Shown piece by piece: positions 59,403 through 64,000 of a stretch of DNA of 64,000 bases. Position numbers and translations under genes: made by a program. Origin of the DNA: a virus; the IMG/VR virus record IMGVR_UViG_3300001450_000028, positions 1 to 64,000 of that record; one strand, given 5' to 3'. Numbering within the stretch: the stretch's first letter is position 1; each line of letters opens with the position of its first letter. A model generated the notes under the pieces. That model was given only the letters and a program-made list of their open reading frames with translations, made no database searches and was not told the DNA's origin.

Positions 59403-60062
59403 ATGAAAATTACTAGAAAAAGACTAAGTCTAATTATTGAGTCCTTGCTTTCTGAAAGCAAGCATGGAGAAAAATATATTTGCCCCAAGTGCGGTCATGA
59501 GCACAAAGAAGAACCTGGTGAGAAATGTGCCAATTGTGGTCACAAATACGATGATCCATGGCAAGGAAAAGAGTGGGTAAAGCCTAAGGCAAAAGTTAAT
59601 GAAAAAAAAGACATGACTTGTCCAGCAGCGACCACAGACATAAGTGTAAACACAGCAAACAGAGACAGAGCCAGAAAGCTTGACTGGATTATGTACGGTC
59701 CTTTAAATGTAGAAGAACCAGGAAATTATTGGGAAAGAATTGCTGATAAATGGAACACTCTAGTTGAAGCAGCAAAAAAATCAAATTGTGGCAACTGTGT
59801 TGCTTTTGACAGATCGCCTAAGATGGTTGACGAGTGCATACCGGCGATTACAACAGAACCTGTTGCTGATGAATTTGGAGTCTTAGGTTACTGTTGGATG
59901 CACCATTTTAAATGTCATAGCGCAAGAACGTGCAATACTTGGGCCGCTGGTGGTCCAATTAAAACTGACCAGTCATCAAACGAGTGGATGAAAAGAAACC
60001 GCGAAGGTGCTACAAACAAAAGCCCGCTAGATCAAAAAATGTACAAAGACGACACTGCTTAA
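59403..60062 (+). CDS. Cys-rich metal-binding putative internal head protein
   Basis: MKITRKRLSLIIESLLSE; CPKCGH..CANCGH zinc ribbon; CGNCVAF...GYC....FKC...RTC..W. Confidence 0.65.
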   Translation: MKITRKRLSLIIESLLSESKHGEKYICPKCGHEHKEEPGEKCANCGHKYDDPWQGKEWVKPKAKVNEKKDMTCPAATTDISVNTANRDRARKLDWIMYGPLNVEEPGNYWERIADKWNTLVEAAKKSNCGNCVAFDRSPKMVDECIPAITTEPVADEFGVLGYCWMHHFKCHSARTCNTWAAGGPIKTDQSSNEWMKRNREGATNKSPLDQKMYKDDTA

Positions 60063-60139
60063 AATAAATTCTTTTTCTATATTTGTCAATCAAAAAATCT
60101 GAACATATATATTAAGAACAGAAAAAGTCGGAGATTTTT

Positions 60140-61297
60140 GTGGCGACATTTGCAAATACAACTAATGCAACCCCTTTCGGTGTATTTGATGACGACTCTG
60201 AATTTAAAACAGAAGCAGATCAAATGGTCGTTTTTGTTAAGCGAAAGATGGGCGATGACGTCTTAAGTGTTGAACTTACAAAGAAACAAATTTTTGCCAA
60301 CATGGAAGAGGCAGGTCTTGAATACAGTTCAATATTAAATCAATATCAAGCAAAATCTCAATTAGTAAACTTTTTAGGATTTTCGACAGGTAGCATGTCA
60401 GGTTCGCAAGAAAAATACGTAAGGGATAATCTTGAGTACTTGACAAGATTTGCTGAGCCCTATGCTATGGAAGCAGGCATTGGTGGCTCTTATAATTCAA
60501 CATCAGGTTCGATTCAATTACAAGGCGGTCGCCAAGACTACGATATGTATACTGAACTTAAGGATGGGAACGATACTCCTTTATTTGACAGTTCAAAAGG
60601 CAAGCTAAAAATAGCAGAAGTATTTCACTTTAACCCTCAGGCAGCATACAGATTTTTTGACACAACATCAGCTGTTAACTACTTAAATAACGAATTTTCT
60701 TTTGAGTCATTTACACCAGAAACAATATTTTATGTTTTGCCTGTTTTTGAAGATATTCTTCGCGCAGGGCAGCTAGATTTATCAAACAGAGTTAGAAGAT
60801 CAAACTACTCTTACGAAGTTAATGGTACAAAAATAAGAATATTTCCTACACCAACAATAGGCTCTGAAAAGAAGCTTTGGATAAGAGTTCGACAGTATCC
60901 AGATCCTACTTCACCTGCGTACAAAGATGAAATGATACACGGTGTATCAAACATGTCAAACATTCCATTTGGAAATCTAACTTATTCTAGAATAAACTCT
61001 ATAGGAAAACAGTGGATTAGACAATATACACTTGCTTTAAGTAGAGAACAGCTAGGTATGGTTAGATCTAAGTTTGGAAATATACCAATACCAGGGGGCG
61101 ACGTATCTTTAAACGGCACAGATCTTGTAGCTCAAGGCCGCGAAGATCAGACAAACTTAAAAACACAGCTAAAAGAAATGCTTGAAACAATGACTTATGA
61201 CAAATTGATAGAAATACAATCTACTCGTGCAGAGCAGATGAACAAACAGTTACGTTACGTTCCAATGCCGCTTGGAAAAGCAATTTTTATGGGATAG
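60140..61297 (+). CDS. Neck / head-tail adaptor protein (T4 gp13-like)
   Basis: KRKMG..VL.VELT..Q, WIRQYTLALSREQLG.VRSKF..IP.PGGDVSLNG..L, which is the gp13 C-terminal pattern. Confidence 0.8.
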   Translation: MATFANTTNATPFGVFDDDSEFKTEADQMVVFVKRKMGDDVLSVELTKKQIFANMEEAGLEYSSILNQYQAKSQLVNFLGFSTGSMSGSQEKYVRDNLEYLTRFAEPYAMEAGIGGSYNSTSGSIQLQGGRQDYDMYTELKDGNDTPLFDSSKGKLKIAEVFHFNPQAAYRFFDTTSAVNYLNNEFSFESFTPETIFYVLPVFEDILRAGQLDLSNRVRRSNYSYEVNGTKIRIFPTPTIGSEKKLWIRVRQYPDPTSPAYKDEMIHGVSNMSNIPFGNLTYSRINSIGKQWIRQYTLALSREQLGMVRSKFGNIPIPGGDVSLNGTDLVAQGREDQTNLKTQLKEMLETMTYDKLIEIQSTRAEQMNKQLRYVPMPLGKAIFMG

Positions 61298-61300
61298 ATT

Positions 61301-61966
61301 ATGGGTAGATTTTTTATAACACCAAGAGAGATTAACTTTATTAATGATATTGCAAAAGAAATAGTCAAAGACGTAATTGGTCAAAAGATTTATTATTTTC
61401 CAATTAGTGAAATTAAATCAAAAGTTCATGACGTATACGAAGAGTCACCTGATAAAGTATTTGAAAACCCTATTGAAATAGACTGCTTGGTAAAATACCA
61501 ACCACAAGAAATAAGAACTAATAGGTTTGGGTCTGAAGAGTACTATACTGTTGAAGCATACGTTCAATCAAGAGATTTGCTTGACAAAGGTATCGAAGTT
61601 TTAGAAGGAGACTTTTTCTCTTACGGCACAACTTTTTTTGAAGTAATTAAAGGGCCTGCTTCTGATGTCATCTTTGGTCAAATTGAACATAAAACTTACA
61701 TTACAATAACCGGTAAGCAATCAAGAAAAGGCCAGTTTATATCAAAAATTTTTGGCCCTACATCAGAAGAATATACAGACTCAGACGCCGTTCAAGAAAC
61801 ATTTGTTCAACAACGAGGCGCAAAAACAAACAAAGAAGGTGTTACGGGTGACGTAAGAGAACTTCAAAAAAATGGTGTTCTTGATTCGCCAATAACAGGA
61901 CCAAAAGAAGTTTCTTCTCAAGGTGATCCTCAAAATGTAGGTTCTGCTTTTTACGATGAGGATTAA
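61301..61966 (+). CDS. Neck / head-closure protein (T4 gp14-like)
   Basis: E.VKDVIGQKIYY, VYEE...K.F..PIEI, FG, EGDF; lies directly after the gp13-like gene. Confidence 0.7.
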   Translation: MGRFFITPREINFINDIAKEIVKDVIGQKIYYFPISEIKSKVHDVYEESPDKVFENPIEIDCLVKYQPQEIRTNRFGSEEYYTVEAYVQSRDLLDKGIEVLEGDFFSYGTTFFEVIKGPASDVIFGQIEHKTYITITGKQSRKGQFISKIFGPTSEEYTDSDAVQETFVQQRGAKTNKEGVTGDVRELQKNGVLDSPITGPKEVSSQGDPQNVGSAFYDED

Positions 61967-61968
61967 AA

Positions 61969-63171
61969 ATGAGTAACAGCCCGAAAGGTGAAAAAGTAAT
62001 AAAAAGTTTTGATGGCAATAATGCACCAGATAATTTTGATATTCCTTCAATTGGAATTGAAGATTTAGACAGGGCAGTCTTTCAACTTTTTGACAAAAAA
62101 ATATTTTTTGAAGTTTCACATAAAGGAGCACTTCAAAAAGTACCTGTTATTTTCGCATCCGGGGAAAGATTTGCCCTTACAAGAAGAAAAAATCCTATAA
62201 GAGACAGCGAAAATACTTTAATTTTACCTCTTGTTTCTATTATGAGACAAAGTATAGATTTTTCTCCCTCACAAGCAAACAAAAGAACAGCAATATCATT
62301 TCGAGAACAAGAAAATTATATAATAAAATACAAGTTAAGTGAAAAAGACAGAAAGTATCAAAACATAATAAATAAGCAAGGATTAAAAAACCAACTTAAT
62401 GTTTCTTCTGAGAAAAACTTTCTTTTAAATACACCTTCTCCTGGATTTTCTGTAAAACCTGATTCTGTTTCAACTCGACGATCTTCTGCAAACATAGGCT
62501 TTTCAAGTGTTGCAAATATTTCACTAGGTGAAAATCTAGGAAGAAATATGTTTGAAATTATTGAAATACCATACCCGGAGTTTATTGCAGTTACATATGA
62601 TGTAGTTTTTTGGACACAGTATATGAAACAATCAAATCAAATGATAGAGACGCTTCTTCTAAATTTTACCGGTCAAGGAGAAGAAATTCCAATAACAACA
62701 GACGGTGGTTACGAACTAGTTGCATTCTTTTCTGGTCCTTTTTCAAATTCAGGGACAAACTTAGATGACTTTACAGAATCTGAAAGAATTATTAAGCATT
62801 CATTTTCTGTTACTATTCCAGGCTATATTATCAATCCTAAACACCCAGGAATGCCTAAGCTTTTAAGAAGTTATATATCTGCACCAGAAATTAATTTTGG
62901 TGTTTTTGAAGGAGACGCAGCAGTAATTGACTATCAACCTGAGAGAATGAAGGATAAAGTCAAAAGGCACGCACTTCAAGACTTAACAAATTTAGAAGAA
63001 TCTGAACTTAGAAGAGGCGAAAGTAGAGAAGTACTTGAAGATAAAATAATTAATCCATTTACAAATAGTACAAAAACTCAATTTTCAAAAGTAAGACTAA
63101 GAAATCAAAGATCTGGTGAAACAGTTGCTTCATCTGAATTAATAGAGGAAATTGAGTCATTTGATTCATAA
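61969..63171 (+). CDS. Tail terminator / sheath stabiliser (T4 gp15-like)
   Basis: KVPVIFASGERF, LILPLVSI, PYP....YDV.FWT....Q.NQMIE, F.VT.PGYI; lies between the neck and sheath genes. Confidence 0.7.
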   Translation: MSNSPKGEKVIKSFDGNNAPDNFDIPSIGIEDLDRAVFQLFDKKIFFEVSHKGALQKVPVIFASGERFALTRRKNPIRDSENTLILPLVSIMRQSIDFSPSQANKRTAISFREQENYIIKYKLSEKDRKYQNIINKQGLKNQLNVSSEKNFLLNTPSPGFSVKPDSVSTRRSSANIGFSSVANISLGENLGRNMFEIIEIPYPEFIAVTYDVVFWTQYMKQSNQMIETLLLNFTGQGEEIPITTDGGYELVAFFSGPFSNSGTNLDDFTESERIIKHSFSVTIPGYIINPKHPGMPKLLRSYISAPEINFGVFEGDAAVIDYQPERMKDKVKRHALQDLTNLEESELRRGESREVLEDKIINPFTNSTKTQFSKVRLRNQRSGETVASSELIEEIESFDS

Positions 63172-63198
63172 TTAAAGAGATGTTTAAGAATTCGAAAC

Positions 63199-63205
63199 AT
63201 AGTTA
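63199..63205 (+). promoter_or_regulatory. Putative late promoter ATAnTTA (ATAGTTA)
   Basis: Intergenic, before AGGAG and ATG 63230. Confidence 0.55.
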
Positions 63206-63229
63206 TAATAGAAAATTTAGGAGAAATTG

Positions 63230-64000
63230 ATGGCAGAACAAACTTTCAGATCTCCGGGATTCTTTGAGCGAGAGATTGATCTTACTCAGCGTACTACAGA
63301 AATTGTAGGCACCCCGGCAGGAGTAATTGGAACTTCACAAAAAGGACCTGCGTTTGTTCCGGTAACCGTTGGTTCATTTGCTGACTTTGAATCAAAATTT
63401 GGAACTCTAGATCCAGATAGATTTGGCCCTTATGCTGCAAATGAGTGGCTTAAAAATAGAACATCGCTAACTTACGTTAGAGTCTTAGGCGCAGGATCAA
63501 ATTCCAGCACATCAGATATATCAGTTACACAAACAGCAGGAACAGTTAAAAACGCAGGGTTCTTACTTTCTGGTTCAAGGGCACACACAGAAGACGCAAG
63601 ATATAACGGCGTCGTTCAGTTTTTAGGTGCAACACACGAAACAAGAACTGATGAGCCTACTGGATATCCTGTATTTACAGACAATAGCTCTACAGATTCT
63701 ACAGGAGGAATTAATCTATTACGTTCAGTTATTTTAACTGCGTCAGGTTCAAGATTACTTGTTTTAGATGCAAATCAATCATATACAGTTGATAATGTAT
63801 CAAATGACATTGCAACAATCAGTGCTTATGACGGAACTGCTGAGCAAGGAATATTTAAGCTTGTTCTTTCTTCTGCGATGGGATCATCATTTGGAAATGA
63901 TGAGTCAAAAGCAGGACTTAGAATCTACACTGCTTCTCTTGATCCTTCAAGCCAACACTATGTTGGAAAAATACTAAATACAAGCCCAGATAGATTTGGA
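63230..64000 (+). CDS. gp18: Tail sheath protein (T4 gp18-like), N-terminal part; truncated by window end and absent from the ORF track
   Basis: Hand translation gives MAEQTFRSPGFFEREIDLT...GVIGTSQKGPAFVPVTVGSFADFESKFG...YVRVLG, the sheath N-terminal signature; AGGAG RBS. Confidence 0.92.
   Translation, partial: MAEQTFRSPGFFEREIDLTQRTTEIVGTPAGVIGTSQKGPAFVPVTVGSFADFESKFGTLDPDRFGPYAANEWLKNRTSLTYVRVLGAGSNSSTSDISVTQTAGTVKNAGFLLSGSRAHTEDARYNGVVQFLGATHETRTDEPTGYPVFTDNSSTDSTGGINLLRSVILTASGSRLLVLDANQSYTVDNVSNDIATISAYDGTAEQGIFKLVLSSAMGSSFGNDESKAGLRIYTASLDPSSQHYVGKILNTSPDRFG

Noticed and set aside
63768-63977. 69-aa + strand ORF in the track
   Set aside because: It is an out-of-frame shadow inside the tail sheath CDS that starts at 63230.
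1-64000. Alternative genetic code (TAG/TGA recoding, as seen in some huge phages)
   Set aside because: Core genes are full-length under code 11, and TAA, TAG and TGA all end genes right before the next start.
1-64000. tRNA or rRNA genes
   Set aside because: Intergenic gaps are short and no cloverleaf with a T-loop (GTTCRA) in proper context was seen.
4978-64000. Bacterial contractile injection system (eCIS/T6SS) or a prophage in a host chromosome
   Set aside because: Capsid, portal, terminase and replication genes are present, with no host housekeeping genes or integrase. This fits a free large myovirus genome.

Overview
This 64-kb window is the virion morphogenesis region of a large, AT-rich, T4-related (jumbo-type) myovirus. 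Almost every gene is on the + strand, densely packed and often translationally coupled, in the standard genetic code. In order it holds: a sugar-modification block (partial NAD-dependent epimerase, Cas4/RecB-like nuclease, two GT4 glycosyltransferases); a gp55-like late sigma factor; a baseplate and tail-accessory block (gp5/gpV-like spike, gp25, gp6, gp7-like LamG protein, other large LamG/FN3 proteins); RuvC-like resolvase and primase; a PAP2 phosphatase fused to a degenerate Fic domain; a MoxR AAA+/VWA-metallopeptidase pair; a single-chain Mre11-Rad50; terminase, portal, prohead protease, scaffold and major capsid; dUTPase; small head-associated genes; neck and tail-terminator genes; and the start of the tail sheath gene, which the ORF track misses. 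Four signals stand out. (1) The tripeptide [S/T]-G-S is strongly enriched in exposed structural proteins only, next to phage glycosyltransferases, suggesting a virion O-glycosylation system. (2) Unrelated proteins share an N-terminal 'MK(I)TxxxLxxII.E' tag, a candidate capsid-targeting and protease-cleavage signal. (3) An ATAnTTA motif recurs as a candidate late promoter. (4) A pseudoknot-like RNA leader lies before a putative decoration-protein gene. All calls come from motif recognition by eye; no searches were run.
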